A DNA stretch of 60,238 bases, filler included, from Myxococcota bacterium (GTDB lineage Bacteria; Myxococcota; Myxococcia; Myxococcales; Myxococcaceae): the NCBI GenBank assembly GCA_049322255.1. It is 6 parts of 6 records of this genome, joined end to end, with 100 filler letters (N's around TTAATTAATTAA, not from the genome) between each part and the next. Parts side by side here need not be neighbours in the genome. Positions count along the whole stretch, not along the records: positions 1 to 10,638 come from JBMORE010000129.1; positions 10,739 to 21,069 come from JBMORE010000130.1; 4 more parts are not named here. The stretch is one strand, 5' to 3'. Below, in pieces: positions 9,167 to 18,739 of this stretch; position 1 is the stretch's first letter, and every line of letters begins with the position of its first letter. The notes below the pieces were generated by a model, which saw only the letters and a list, made by a program, of their open reading frames with translations, was not told the DNA's origin and did no database searches. Made by a program: the position numbers and the translations under genes.

Positions 9167-10585
9167 ATGGCTCACATCAGCGACGAGAAGATTCCCAACA
9201 ACGTCCACCTCGCCGAGGACAAGAAGCTTCAGCGCGCCCTCGAGCAGTGGCAGCCCAACTTCCGCCAGTGGTGGATGGAGATGGGCCCGGAAGGCTACCA
9301 GGCCAAGGACGTCTATCTGCGCACCGCGATCAGCGTGGACACCGACGGCTGGGCGCACTTCGACTACGTGAAGATGCCCGACTACCGGTGGGGCATCTTT
9401 CTCACCGAGCCGACGAAGGACCGCACCATCGGCTTCGGCGACGTTTTCGGTCAGCCGGTGTGGCAGGACGTACCGGGAGAGCACCGCAACGCACTGCGCC
9501 GCCTCATCGTCACCCAGGGCGACACCGAGCCTGCTTCGGTGGAGCAGCAACGCATGCTCGGCCACAGCTGCCCCTCGCTCTATGACTTGCGCAACCTCTT
9601 TCAGGTGAACGTGGAGGAGGGGCGTCACCTGTGGGCGATGGTGTATTTGCTCCACCGCTACTTCGGGCGCGACGGTCGCGAGGAGGCCGAGGAGCTGCTC
9701 CAGCGCCGCAGCGGCGACCAGGACCGCCCCCGCATCTTGGGCGCGTTCAACGAGCCGATCGAAGACTGGCTGTCCTTCTACATGTTCACCATGTTCACCG
9801 ACCGCGACGGGAAGTATCAGCTGCTCGCGCTCGCCGAGAGCGGGTTCGACCCGCTCTCGCGCACCACCCGCTTCATGCTCACCGAAGAGGCGCACCACAT
9901 GTTCGTGGGCGAAACCGGCGTGCAAAGGGTGGTGCAGCGCACCGCTGAGCTCATGAAGCAAGCCAACGGCGGCGAGGCGCGCCAGATGGGCGGCATCGAC
10001 CTACCCATCATTCAGAAGTATCTGAACCTCTGGTACTCGCTCTCGCTCGACCTCTTCGGCTCGGAGATCTCCACCAACGCAGCTTCCTTCTTCGCCGCGG
10101 GCCTCAAGGGGCGCGCCAAGGAGGAGAAGTTCGAGGACCACGTGGCCCTCGAAGGCACCTACGGCATGGAGGTGCCGCAGGGAAGTGGGCTGGCCCACCA
10201 AGACGTACCCATGCGCTCGGCGATGAACGAGGTCTTGCGCGACGGCTACGTGGAGGACTGTCAACGCGGCGTCGACCGTTGGAACAAGGTGCTCGCCGAG
10301 GCGGGGATTGATTTTCGCTTCCGGTTACCTTCGCGCCGCTTCCATCGGCAACAAGGCGTCTACGCAGGGCACTGCTTCGACCCTGACGGCAAGCTCTTGA
10401 CGCAGGAGGAGTGGAACCGCCGCCGCGACGAGCTCCTTCCCTCGGAGGCGGACAAGGCCTACGTGAAGAGCCTACAGGCGAAGGCGGTGACCAAGCCGGG
10501 GGAGATGGCGAACTGGATTGCGCCTCCGCCCCGGGGCATCAACGGCCAGCCGCTCGACTTCGTCTACGTGCGCACCGAGGCGTGA
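9167..10585 (+). CDS. boxB: benzoyl-CoA 2,3-epoxidase di-iron subunit
   Basis: QGDTEPASVEQQ, VEEGRH, TEEAHH di-iron motifs; YVKMPDYRWGIF. Confidence 0.96.
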   Translation: MAHISDEKIPNNVHLAEDKKLQRALEQWQPNFRQWWMEMGPEGYQAKDVYLRTAISVDTDGWAHFDYVKMPDYRWGIFLTEPTKDRTIGFGDVFGQPVWQDVPGEHRNALRRLIVTQGDTEPASVEQQRMLGHSCPSLYDLRNLFQVNVEEGRHLWAMVYLLHRYFGRDGREEAEELLQRRSGDQDRPRILGAFNEPIEDWLSFYMFTMFTDRDGKYQLLALAESGFDPLSRTTRFMLTEEAHHMFVGETGVQRVVQRTAELMKQANGGEARQMGGIDLPIIQKYLNLWYSLSLDLFGSEISTNAASFFAAGLKGRAKEEKFEDHVALEGTYGMEVPQGSGLAHQDVPMRSAMNEVLRDGYVEDCQRGVDRWNKVLAEAGIDFRFRLPSRRFHRQQGVYAGHCFDPDGKLLTQEEWNRRRDELLPSEADKAYVKSLQAKAVTKPGEMANWIAPPPRGINGQPLDFVYVRTEA

Positions 10586-10638
10586 GCTTCAAGGCGTCTG
10601 TGAACGCTGCGCTCCGCGCGTCCGCCGCATCCGCTCCA

Positions 10639-10738
10639 NNNNNNNNNNNNNNNNNNNNNNNNNNNNNNNNNNNNNNNNNNNNTTAATTAATTAANNNNNN
10701 NNNNNNNNNNNNNNNNNNNNNNNNNNNNNNNNNNNNNN
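10639..10738. other. artificial contig linker
   Basis: N44-TTAATTAATTAA-N44 (stops in all six frames). Confidence 0.99.
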
Positions 10739-10838
10739 CTAGGAGCCGTGCCGAACGCCGTTACGCTGGGGTGCGGCAAGCGGGCGTTTGGTCCGAGCCC
10801 CCTGGCTTGAGCTGGTCCTGCAACGAATCGGCTAGAGG

Positions 10839-11171
10839 GTGAGAGGTCGGTGGAGGCTGGCTATCCAACCTGGAGACCTGCCCTGGGCTCCAGCGGCGAG
10901 GCCATTTGTTTTAGACACATTGACAGCGGCATTTTTTGAGCATTTTTTTGTTAATGATAGCGAATCTATAGCAAAAGTCCCCGCTGCCCTCACCCAGGGT
11001 CGCCGAATTTTCGGACTCCGCGGTGGCGCTTGCGTCCACTGCCTTGCCTACCGAAATCCTCGTCGTTCCGGGCGACCGGTTCATCGTCGCGACCGCGGCG
11101 GGGACGGGCTCACCATCGTCACCCCAGATCCGAAGATTGCCGCCTACCATTCCGCCGCTGTCCTGTGGTGA
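10839..11171 (+). pseudogene. frameshifted or decayed PIN-domain (VapC-like) toxin remnant
   Basis: SAVALASTALP...PGDRFIVATA in one frame continues as GLTIVTPDPKIAAY..VLW* in another (shift near 11100); typical VapC C-terminal motifs. Confidence 0.6.
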
Positions 11172-11190
11172 CCGACGGTCGTGCCTTCGG

Positions 11191-11486
11191 TCACACCGGC
11201 ACGCGCTCTCCGCGCAGCCCGCGGATGGGCAACTCTCGTTCGATGAGTTCATCGAGCGACTCAGGCGCCCAAGGAGACCGGTGCTCGACTCGCCCTCGAT
11301 CGCCAGGCCAGCCTCACGGTGCCCACCCTTGCGAATGAGCCGGGGGCGATCGAACAAACGTCGGAGCAGCGGCCCCAAGGACTCGTCGAACAACCTCACT
11401 TCGCCCTCGGTGTGGTCGGTAAAGATGGTCGCGACTCGGCGGTCGAGGCGGAACACGTCGATGCGCACCAGCGGTGGAGCGCTCAC
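11191..11486 (-). pseudogene. small hypothetical gene with an apparent 1-nt frameshift
   Basis: MSAPPLVRIDVFRLDRR...LAIEGE then, after a shift near 11290, VEHRSPWAPESLDELIERELPIRGLRGERVPV* with GC3-biased codons. Confidence 0.4.
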
Positions 11487-11656
11487 TTGGGAAACTTGCC
11501 GCCGAAGAGCGGCGGCAACGCCTGGCGAAGACGCCCAACGGGCTGCCCCTGGTGGTGCCCATCCTCGGCGTGAAAGGCTCTTACTGAGTGCATCGCGGAC
11601 CGGAGTGCTACGCTTGGCGCGCGAGTCCCAGCAGCATCCGTTTCGGGAGGAGCCCC

Positions 11657-13933
11657 ATGCGCAGAGTCGTCGTCGTCGCCTTTGCCTTGTCCTTCGCGGT
11701 GGGGCTCACCATCGCCTCCTGCAGCTCCCCCTCCACCCCGGCCGACTGCGGCACCCTGGGCAAGCCCTGCTGCAGCGGCGACTCCTGTGCCAGCGGCACC
11801 GTCTGTGGCGGCGGGGTGTGTCAGGCCTTCAGCTGCGGCGCTCCCGGCCAAGCGTGCTGTGGCAGCGACGCCTGCACCGTGGGCGCCTCCTGCGTCAGCG
11901 GTGCCTGCCAAGCGCAGGTGTGCGGTGCCATCGGCCAGCCCTGTTGCACCAACGATGCCTGCGTCGCGGGCGCCTCCTGCCTCGGCGGCCTGTGCCAAGG
12001 AGCGACCTGCGGCGGCCCCGGGCAACCTTGCTGCGCCGCCAACTCCTGCGGCGGTGGCGGGTGCTGCGTGGGGGGAAGCTGCGTCGCCAATGGCGCGGAC
12101 TGCGGCGGCGGCGCCGGCACTTGCTCCGGGAGCAGCTGCGGCAGCTGCGGTGGAGAGGGTCAGGCGTGCTGCTCCGGAAGTAGCTGCACCGCCGGTGGCA
12201 CCGCTTGCATCGCCGGCACCTGCCAGTCGTGCGGTGGGGCGAACGAGGCATGCTGCGCCGGCAACAGCTGCACCGCGGCGGGCACCGGCTGCCAAAACGG
12301 CACCTGTCAGCCCTGTGGAGGCGCGGGACAGCCTTGCTGCCCCGGCAACCAGTGCGCCATGGCCGGAACGGCGTGCGTGGGTGGAACTTGCCAAAGCTGC
12401 GGTGGGGGTGGACAGGCCTGCTGCCCGGGCCGAGCCTGCGGCAGCGGCATGGTGTGCACCGGTGGTGGGGCGGGCATCTGCGCAGTGTGTGGCCAGGCGG
12501 GCCAGCCTTGTTGTGGCGCCAATCAGTGCAACGGTGGCTGCTGCGTGCTGGGGCAGTGCCTCGCCGAGGGCACCAGCTGCGGCGCGCTGGGGGGAACCTG
12601 TGCAGGCGGCAGCTGCGCCGACGGCGGCTGCGGCGGACCCGGCGAGTCGTGTTGCCTGGGCACGCAGTGCACCACCTCCAACCAGGGGTGCGATGCGCTC
12701 AACGGCGTCTGCCAGACCTGCGGCGGGCTGGGGCAGCCGTGCTGCTTGGGCACGGCGACCAGCTGCGCGACGCCCGACTTGGGGTGCAACGGCCAGCTTT
12801 GCCAGAAGTGCGGCGGCCCTGGCGAGCCTTGCTGCGCGGGTGCGTGTGCAGCGGGCAGCGCTTGCGTCGGCGCCTACTGCCTGGCGTGCGGCCTGCCGGG
12901 GCAGCCGTGCTGTGCCGGCAACACCTGCGGCGGCGGCTGCTGCGACACCGCCAACCCGGGCTGGCCGTTGTGCCGTACCGTGGGAGGCCTGTGCACGCGG
13001 GGCGACTTGTGCCAGTCGACCCTCTCTTGCGCCGGCTGCGGCGGGCGGGACCAGCCCTGCTGCACCGGCAACACCTGCACCGGGTCGCAGCTTGCCTGCA
13101 ACAGCACCTCCTGTGTGCCCTGCGGGTTGCCGGGCCAGCCGGTGTGCCCCACCGGCTCTCCGTGCCGCATCGGGGCCTGCGCCGACCCGGTGAGGGGCAC
13201 CTGCGTGGCCAGCGGGAAGAACGGTGCGGACGGCCGCGTGTGCCAGCAGGGCACCTTCGTCGCCTGCGGTGGTCCCGGCCAGCCGTGTTGCGCCGACAGC
13301 ACTTGCGCCGCCGGCTGCTGCGCCGGCCACACCTGCGTCGGCTTCGACGCCGGCTGCGGGGGCGCGGTGGGTGGCAGCCAGCCGCTGGGTGTCTGCACCT
13401 CGCCCTCCTCCTCCTGCGGCAACTGTGGCGGCCAGGGCCAGACTTGTTGCCAAAGTAACCAGACGTACGCGCGCGACTTCTGCACTGCCTCGGGGTTGGC
13501 GTGCAGCATCTCAGGCTCGTGCCAAAGTTGCGGCAGCGCCGGCCAGCCGTGCTGCACCGGCAACCTCTGCGGCAATGGGGGGTGCTGCGTGGAGGGCACC
13601 TGCGTGGGCAACGGCGGGCAGTGCGGCTCCGGCCGCGGCATCTGCAACGGCGGCGGCTGCGAGGACGGCGGCTGCGGCCTCTTGGGCCAGCAGCGGTGCA
13701 CCTTCATCGATTGCACGGGGCCGTTCACCGTCGACTACGGCGGTCAGTGCGTGGGCTGCGGCGGCATCGGCCAGCGCTGCTGCGACCTCGACGGCTCCGA
13801 CGGCACCTGCGGTCTGGGAGCGGTGTGCTACGCGTACACCTGCGAGGCCTGCGGCGCCAGCGGGCAGAGGTGCTGCGAGGGCCGCTTCTGCAACGGCGGA
13901 GCAGCGTGCAACAGCTCCAACCGCTGCCCCTAG
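11657..13933 (+). CDS. Cys/Gly-rich repeat lipoprotein (~21 CGxxGQxCC units)
   Basis: GGAGG RBS, ATG 11657, signal peptide with lipobox IASC, then tandem Cys repeats of about 30 aa. Confidence 0.9.
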   Translation: MRRVVVVAFALSFAVGLTIASCSSPSTPADCGTLGKPCCSGDSCASGTVCGGGVCQAFSCGAPGQACCGSDACTVGASCVSGACQAQVCGAIGQPCCTNDACVAGASCLGGLCQGATCGGPGQPCCAANSCGGGGCCVGGSCVANGADCGGGAGTCSGSSCGSCGGEGQACCSGSSCTAGGTACIAGTCQSCGGANEACCAGNSCTAAGTGCQNGTCQPCGGAGQPCCPGNQCAMAGTACVGGTCQSCGGGGQACCPGRACGSGMVCTGGGAGICAVCGQAGQPCCGANQCNGGCCVLGQCLAEGTSCGALGGTCAGGSCADGGCGGPGESCCLGTQCTTSNQGCDALNGVCQTCGGLGQPCCLGTATSCATPDLGCNGQLCQKCGGPGEPCCAGACAAGSACVGAYCLACGLPGQPCCAGNTCGGGCCDTANPGWPLCRTVGGLCTRGDLCQSTLSCAGCGGRDQPCCTGNTCTGSQLACNSTSCVPCGLPGQPVCPTGSPCRIGACADPVRGTCVASGKNGADGRVCQQGTFVACGGPGQPCCADSTCAAGCCAGHTCVGFDAGCGGAVGGSQPLGVCTSPSSSCGNCGGQGQTCCQSNQTYARDFCTASGLACSISGSCQSCGSAGQPCCTGNLCGNGGCCVEGTCVGNGGQCGSGRGICNGGGCEDGGCGLLGQQRCTFIDCTGPFTVDYGGQCVGCGGIGQRCCDLDGSDGTCGLGAVCYAYTCEACGASGQRCCEGRFCNGGAACNSSNRCP

Positions 13934-15420
13934 TGACGCATGGCCAAAGCGGGGCTTTCGGCAGGGGGAGGTGTGCGGCGGGCCTTCACCGCGAGTAGCT
14001 CGCGCAGCTCGGAGACTTCGAGCGGCTTGACCCGGTGCTCGTCGAAGCCGGCGGCGAGCGCTTGGGCGCGGTCCTGCGGTTGCCCGTAGCCGGTGAGGGC
14101 GACCAGGAAGGTGCGCCGATGCCCGGCGCCCTCGGCGCGGCGAATGCGGCGCACGACTTCGTAGCCGTCGAGCTCGGGGAGGCCAATGTCTACCAGCGCC
14201 ACGTCCGGCGGGCGCCCCAGCGCATGCTCCACCGCGGAGCGCCCGTCGGCCACGGCATGAACTCGATGTCCCCACAGCTCAAGCAGCTCGCGCAGAAACT
14301 CGCGCGCGTCGGGATGGTCTTCGGCGATGAGGATGGTGAGCGGCTCCGCCTCGGTGGCGGTCGAGGAGGGCGCCGACGGCGGCGAAGCCAAAGGGGAGCG
14401 CGAGAGGGGCAAGCGCACCGCGAGCTCGGTGCCTTGTCCAGGCCCCTCGCTGTGGGCGTGCACCGTTCCCCCGTGCAGCTCCACCAGCTTGCGCACCAGC
14501 GCAAGCCCCAGCCCCAAGCCGCCCTGGGCGCGGTCGAGCGCGGGGTCCAGTTGGACGAACATCTCGAACACCTGGGACAACTGCTCGGGACGAATGCCTA
14601 CCCCCGAGTCCCTCACTTTGAGCACTGCCTCCTCGCCCTCGCGCCCCACCGTCACCTCGATGCGCCCGCCCGGAGGAGTGAACTTGGCCGCGTTGACCAG
14701 AAGGTTGGTCACCACTTGCTCCAGGCGCGCGGGGTCGGCTTCGAGCTGCAAGCCCTCGCCGGCGTAGCGCACCGCGAGCTCGTGGGCGCGCGTTTCGCAC
14801 AGAGAGCTCACTGTCTGCAGCGCTTGCTCCACCACCGCGCGCAGCGTCACCTGGGTGCGTCGCAGCTCGATGGTCCCCCGTGTGACACGGGAGATGTCGA
14901 GCAGGTCGTCGACCAGCCGGGCCATGTTCCGCACTTGCCGCTCCACCGCGGCCCGTGCCCGTTCCAGCGAAGGGTCGGCGGCGCAACGGTGGCGCATGAC
15001 TTCGAGCGCGGTGAAGATGGGCGCCAGCGGGCTTCGCAGCTCGTGCCCGAGCATCGCCAAGAGCTCGTCCTTGCAGCGCTCGTTCGTCCGGGCGGCGGTG
15101 ACATCGCGCAGCACCGTCAGGTGACGGTGAGGCGCCACGTTGACGGTGGCGCTGTACTCGATGTCACACACCAAGCCGTTGGGTCGGAGCAGGCGAAACT
15201 CTCCTCGCTGGCTGCCGTGGGCGAGGAAAGCTTCCCAGTTTCGGCCGGTCGCCTCACAGTCACCGCCGAAGTCGCGCACGTTCTTGCCAATCAGTTGGTC
15301 ACGAGGAACACCGAAGAGGGCTGTCGCCGCTTCGTTGGCGTCGACGTAAGTGCCCTCGTCATCGGCCAACACCATCGCGTCCAAGGACAGGCGGAAAAAG
15401 GACTGGAAATCGCTGCTCAC
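13930..15420 (-). CDS. PAS-domain hybrid sensor histidine kinase/response regulator
   Basis: PAS, LGHELRSPL H-box, NLLVNAAKF, DSGVG, GGLGLGL, receiver EDH..LVDIGLP. Confidence 0.95.
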   Translation of the reverse strand: MSSDFQSFFRLSLDAMVLADDEGTYVDANEAATALFGVPRDQLIGKNVRDFGGDCEATGRNWEAFLAHGSQRGEFRLLRPNGLVCDIEYSATVNVAPHRHLTVLRDVTAARTNERCKDELLAMLGHELRSPLAPIFTALEVMRHRCAADPSLERARAAVERQVRNMARLVDDLLDISRVTRGTIELRRTQVTLRAVVEQALQTVSSLCETRAHELAVRYAGEGLQLEADPARLEQVVTNLLVNAAKFTPPGGRIEVTVGREGEEAVLKVRDSGVGIRPEQLSQVFEMFVQLDPALDRAQGGLGLGLALVRKLVELHGGTVHAHSEGPGQGTELAVRLPLSRSPLASPPSAPSSTATEAEPLTILIAEDHPDAREFLRELLELWGHRVHAVADGRSAVEHALGRPPDVALVDIGLPELDGYEVVRRIRRAEGAGHRRTFLVALTGYGQPQDRAQALAAGFDEHRVKPLEVSELRELLAVKARRTPPPAESPALAMRH

Positions 15421-15524
15421 GGGGTTTTCCTAAATCCCGCGCAGTTTGGCTCAGTGTCGAACGAACCCCCAAGCCCGAAGGCCATGCATCCGTTCACTGA
15501 CCAACCGAAGTCGGGCTCGCTCCT

Positions 15525-16190
15525 TCAATGGTGCAGCGGGGCTGGGGTTTCCAGCTCGGCGTTCTCGGCCACGTGGCCCAGCGCCAAATCGAGCGTGCGC
15601 GCTCTGCGGTAGCGCAGCTCCACGTCGTCCCAGTTCCACAGCCGCCAGAGGGCATCGAAGTACTTCGTCTTCTCGAACTGGTACTGCAGGTAGTAGGCGT
15701 GCTCCCAAGCGTCGAGCGCCAACAGAGGCACGCTGCTTTGGGTGGATTCCGATTGATGGTCGTGAATCTGCGTGGTGCCCAGGCGGTGGATGAGGGGGTC
15801 CCACACCAGCGCCGCCCAGCCCGAGCCGGTGAGGCTCATCGCCGTGGCCAGAAGCTGTTTTTTGAAGCTGTCGAACGAGCCGAAGTCGCGGTCGATGGCC
15901 AAGGCCAGCTCGCCGCTGGGCCGGCCTCCGCCATCGGGCGAGAGGTTCTGCCAGTAGAGGCTGTGCAGCAGGTGACCGGAGACGTTGAACGCCAGCTGGT
16001 GCGACAGCTCCGCCACGCGGGAAAAGTCGTCGGTGCGCCGCGCCTCGAGGAGGGTGTCGATGGCTTGGTTGGCTTTCTCCACGTACAGGCGGTGGTGGCG
16101 GTCGTGGTGCAGCTCGACGAGCTTCCCCGAGAGGTGGGGCTCGAGGGCGCCGTAGTCATAGGGGAGGTCGGGCAGAACGTAACGGGACAC
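15525..16190 (-). CDS. sodA: Fe/Mn superoxide dismutase
   Basis: LPDLPYDYGALEP, LHHDRHH, GHLLHSLYW, DAWEHAYY; AAGGAG RBS before GTG 16190. Confidence 0.95.
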   Translation of the reverse strand: MSRYVLPDLPYDYGALEPHLSGKLVELHHDRHHRLYVEKANQAIDTLLEARRTDDFSRVAELSHQLAFNVSGHLLHSLYWQNLSPDGGGRPSGELALAIDRDFGSFDSFKKQLLATAMSLTGSGWAALVWDPLIHRLGTTQIHDHQSESTQSSVPLLALDAWEHAYYLQYQFEKTKYFDALWRLWNWDDVELRYRRARTLDLALGHVAENAELETPAPLHH

Positions 16191-16344
16191 CGGGTGGCTC
16201 CTTTCGTCGTGCAACCCTCAAGCTGGGGCCGTTGGACGCGTCGCGGCACCAAAGGCGCGCGTGCCGGGCGCTCGTCCGCTCGGTTGCGGCTTGTCCGCGT
16301 AGGTGGCGCGGCCGACTTTCTTGGCAAGGGAAGGAGAGGTGTCG

Positions 16345-16875
16345 ATGAACGGCGCACAGGTAGACCGGGTGAGAGGGGCGGGGGCGGGCGCAATCGGCGG
16401 CTTGGTGGGAGGGGTGGTGCTGTGGGCCTTCTTGCTCTTTGCCACGGCCCTCCGGGGACAGGACGTGTGGATGGTCTTCAAGGGCGCCGCGACGCCTCTG
16501 TTGGGAGAGCGGGCTGGAGAGCCGGGCTTCGACTTCTTGGCCGTGTTCCTGGGCGCCGGGGTGCACTTTCTGGTGTCGGTGGGGTGGGGCGCGCTCTTTG
16601 GAATCTTCTTCGCCGGGCTCACACGGGGGGCGACCCTGGCGGCGGGGGTGCTGTGGGGCGTGGTGGTGTGGCTGGTGATGTTCTACGTGGTGCTGCCCCT
16701 CGTGGGCATGGGGCAGGTATCGCGCCAAGTGCCCATCGGGTTCGCCGTCCTGGAGCACGTGCTCTTCGGGGTGGTGGTGGCCCTGGTGTTCGTGCCCTTT
16801 CAGCGCACCTTGCGCCGCCAGGTGCCGCCGCGGCCACCGCTGCCTCGCCCCGAGGAGCGGCCGGTCACTCCGTAG
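16345..16875 (+). CDS. four-TM membrane protein of unknown function
   Basis: four hydrophobic helices, two with His (GVHF, EHVLFG); GGAGAGG RBS before ATG 16345. Confidence 0.8.
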   Translation: MNGAQVDRVRGAGAGAIGGLVGGVVLWAFLLFATALRGQDVWMVFKGAATPLLGERAGEPGFDFLAVFLGAGVHFLVSVGWGALFGIFFAGLTRGATLAAGVLWGVVVWLVMFYVVLPLVGMGQVSRQVPIGFAVLEHVLFGVVVALVFVPFQRTLRRQVPPRPPLPRPEERPVTP

Positions 16876-18724
16876 GCTTGGGGTGGCGCAGGGGCTCGAA
16901 GTACCCCAAGTTCTCCCGCAAGGTTTGGCCCCAGAGCTTGCGCTTCTTGGAGTACTCCTCGATCAGCTCGGGCGGCAGGTGGTTCTCCGGGCCGAACACC
17001 GGAATGGGCTTGCCGTCTTTGAGCACCGCCTCACCGTTGGCGTCCTTCTCGATGCGGTATTCGAGGAAGCCGTTGGAGACGGCGGCGCGGTCTTTCTCCA
17101 GCTCGCCCAGCAAGTCCTCCGCCAACTCCCTTGACTTCACCACCGCGCCCACCTCGCTGTTCACGTAGCCCGACAGAAGGTCGAGGTTGTAGGTCGTCAC
17201 CAGGGCCTGGTCGTCGTCGATGACCGCGCTCTTGCCATGGAGCTTTCGCTCGCCGGTGGCCACGAAGATTCGCGCGGTGGGGCAGCGGGCCAGAATCGTC
17301 TGCCAGTCCTCGAGGAAGAAGGCCTGCGTCACCGCGCTGTCGGTGGAGAGCGGGCTGTTGGTGAGAATCGTTATCTCCACCCCGCGCTGGCTCGCCTTCT
17401 CCAGCGAGGCGAGCATCGACTCCGTCAGCACCACGTAGGGGTTTTGGATGATGATGCGCTTGGATGCTGCGTCGGTCAGCGCCGCCAGCGCTGGGGCGAT
17501 GCCGTTGACGCGCGTGCCCGCCGCCGACGTCTGGTCGAGGATTTTGGCCTCGGTGGCGCGCTCGGGCAGCCGGCTGGCCTGGTAGCGGGCGTGGCTGCCC
17601 CGCGCCTCCAGCTGCTCTACCAGCTGCGCGGCCAGCTCGGTCAGCTTTTGCTGCTCGCGGGCGTTGGGCGCGCGGCGGCGTGACGGGGGCACCAGGGCGA
17701 GGCCTTCATCCACCAGCTCGGCGGCAAGCTTCGCGCGCGCCGCCGGGTCTGCCCGCAGCTGCGCCTTTTGGGCTTCGCTGAAGGCGGGCGCCTTGAGCCA
17801 CACGTCCATCATCTTCGCGGTGGCCAACAGCTCCAGGTCTCGCTTCGCCCAGTTGCCCAGCCGGTCTTCGTGCACCGGCCGGGCGACGTTGCCTTGTTTC
17901 AGCTCGTCGTTCAGCGCTGCGGTGAGGCCCTTGGCGGGGCCGGCGCCCTCCAGCGCCACGTCCATGTCGCGCCAGGCGTGTGGCCGGTCGTGCGGGTCGG
18001 CGAAGTAGTCGATGCCGATGTTACGGCCGCCAGTGAGGCTGCGCTGCCCGTCCACCACCAACAGCTTGTCGTGGTTGGAGGCGAGCAGGGAGTAGTCGCC
18101 GCGAAAGACTTTCGCCGGCCGCTGCCAGAGGGGGTGGAAGACGTAGGCCTTTGCCCCGTGGTGGACCAACTCTTGGAGGTAGTCTTTGCCGCGCAAGGGC
18201 ATCTTGAAGCCGCGTTGGCCGAAGGTGTCGGCCATGGCGTCGGTCATCACCCGCACCTGGACACCCGAGAGCTGTTTTTCGAGCAGCGTGCCCAAAAAAG
18301 CGTGGCCGAAGACGTCTTTCTCCAGGCTGAAGTACACCGCGTCGATGGAGGTGGTGGCCTGGCTCACCATGTCCCAGCGCGCGTTCCACGCGTCCAGGTT
18401 GTCGGAGAGCAGGCGCGCGCCCGCGGGGCCGCCCCCCTGGGTGGGCAGCGCGTCGAACACCGCCGACAGGCTCTGCGCGGAGGGAGAGGCAGCGGAGGGC
18501 TCTGCGCGTGCGGGCGGCGGCACGTCGGTGGACAGGTGCACCTGACGCGGTGTCGCTCGGGCGGGCTCGAAACCCACCGGAGGCAGGAAAGACGCCGGCG
18601 CCGCACGTTTCTTCGGCGTCCACGCGGCCTTCGCCTCTGGTGAGGACGTGGTGGGTGCCGACCTCGATGCATCCGCGCGAGGGGCGCCACTTTTTGGCTT
18701 TTTTCCAACCGGTCCCACAGCCAT
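16865..18724 (-). CDS. phospholipase D family protein (cardiolipin synthase ClsC-like)
   Basis: two HKD motifs: NHDKLLVVD..GGRN and KLHGKSAVID. Confidence 0.9.
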   Translation of the reverse strand: MAVGPVGKKPKSGAPRADASRSAPTTSSPEAKAAWTPKKRAAPASFLPPVGFEPARATPRQVHLSTDVPPPARAEPSAASPSAQSLSAVFDALPTQGGGPAGARLLSDNLDAWNARWDMVSQATTSIDAVYFSLEKDVFGHAFLGTLLEKQLSGVQVRVMTDAMADTFGQRGFKMPLRGKDYLQELVHHGAKAYVFHPLWQRPAKVFRGDYSLLASNHDKLLVVDGQRSLTGGRNIGIDYFADPHDRPHAWRDMDVALEGAGPAKGLTAALNDELKQGNVARPVHEDRLGNWAKRDLELLATAKMMDVWLKAPAFSEAQKAQLRADPAARAKLAAELVDEGLALVPPSRRRAPNAREQQKLTELAAQLVEQLEARGSHARYQASRLPERATEAKILDQTSAAGTRVNGIAPALAALTDAASKRIIIQNPYVVLTESMLASLEKASQRGVEITILTNSPLSTDSAVTQAFFLEDWQTILARCPTARIFVATGERKLHGKSAVIDDDQALVTTYNLDLLSGYVNSEVGAVVKSRELAEDLLGELEKDRAAVSNGFLEYRIEKDANGEAVLKDGKPIPVFGPENHLPPELIEEYSKKRKLWGQTLRENLGYFEPLRHPKPTE

Positions 18725-18739
18725 CGGACAAAAACTACC

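Noticed and set aside
10582..10638. Start of boxA after boxB
   Set aside because: Only 57 nt before the contig end and no ferredoxin-like motif; cannot be assigned.
11483..13453. Long antisense and alternate-frame ORFs (also 46042-48516, 45998-48316, 32573-34846, 15528-17168)
   Set aside because: Shadow ORFs caused by high GC3 bias over clear genes; no recognisable motifs.
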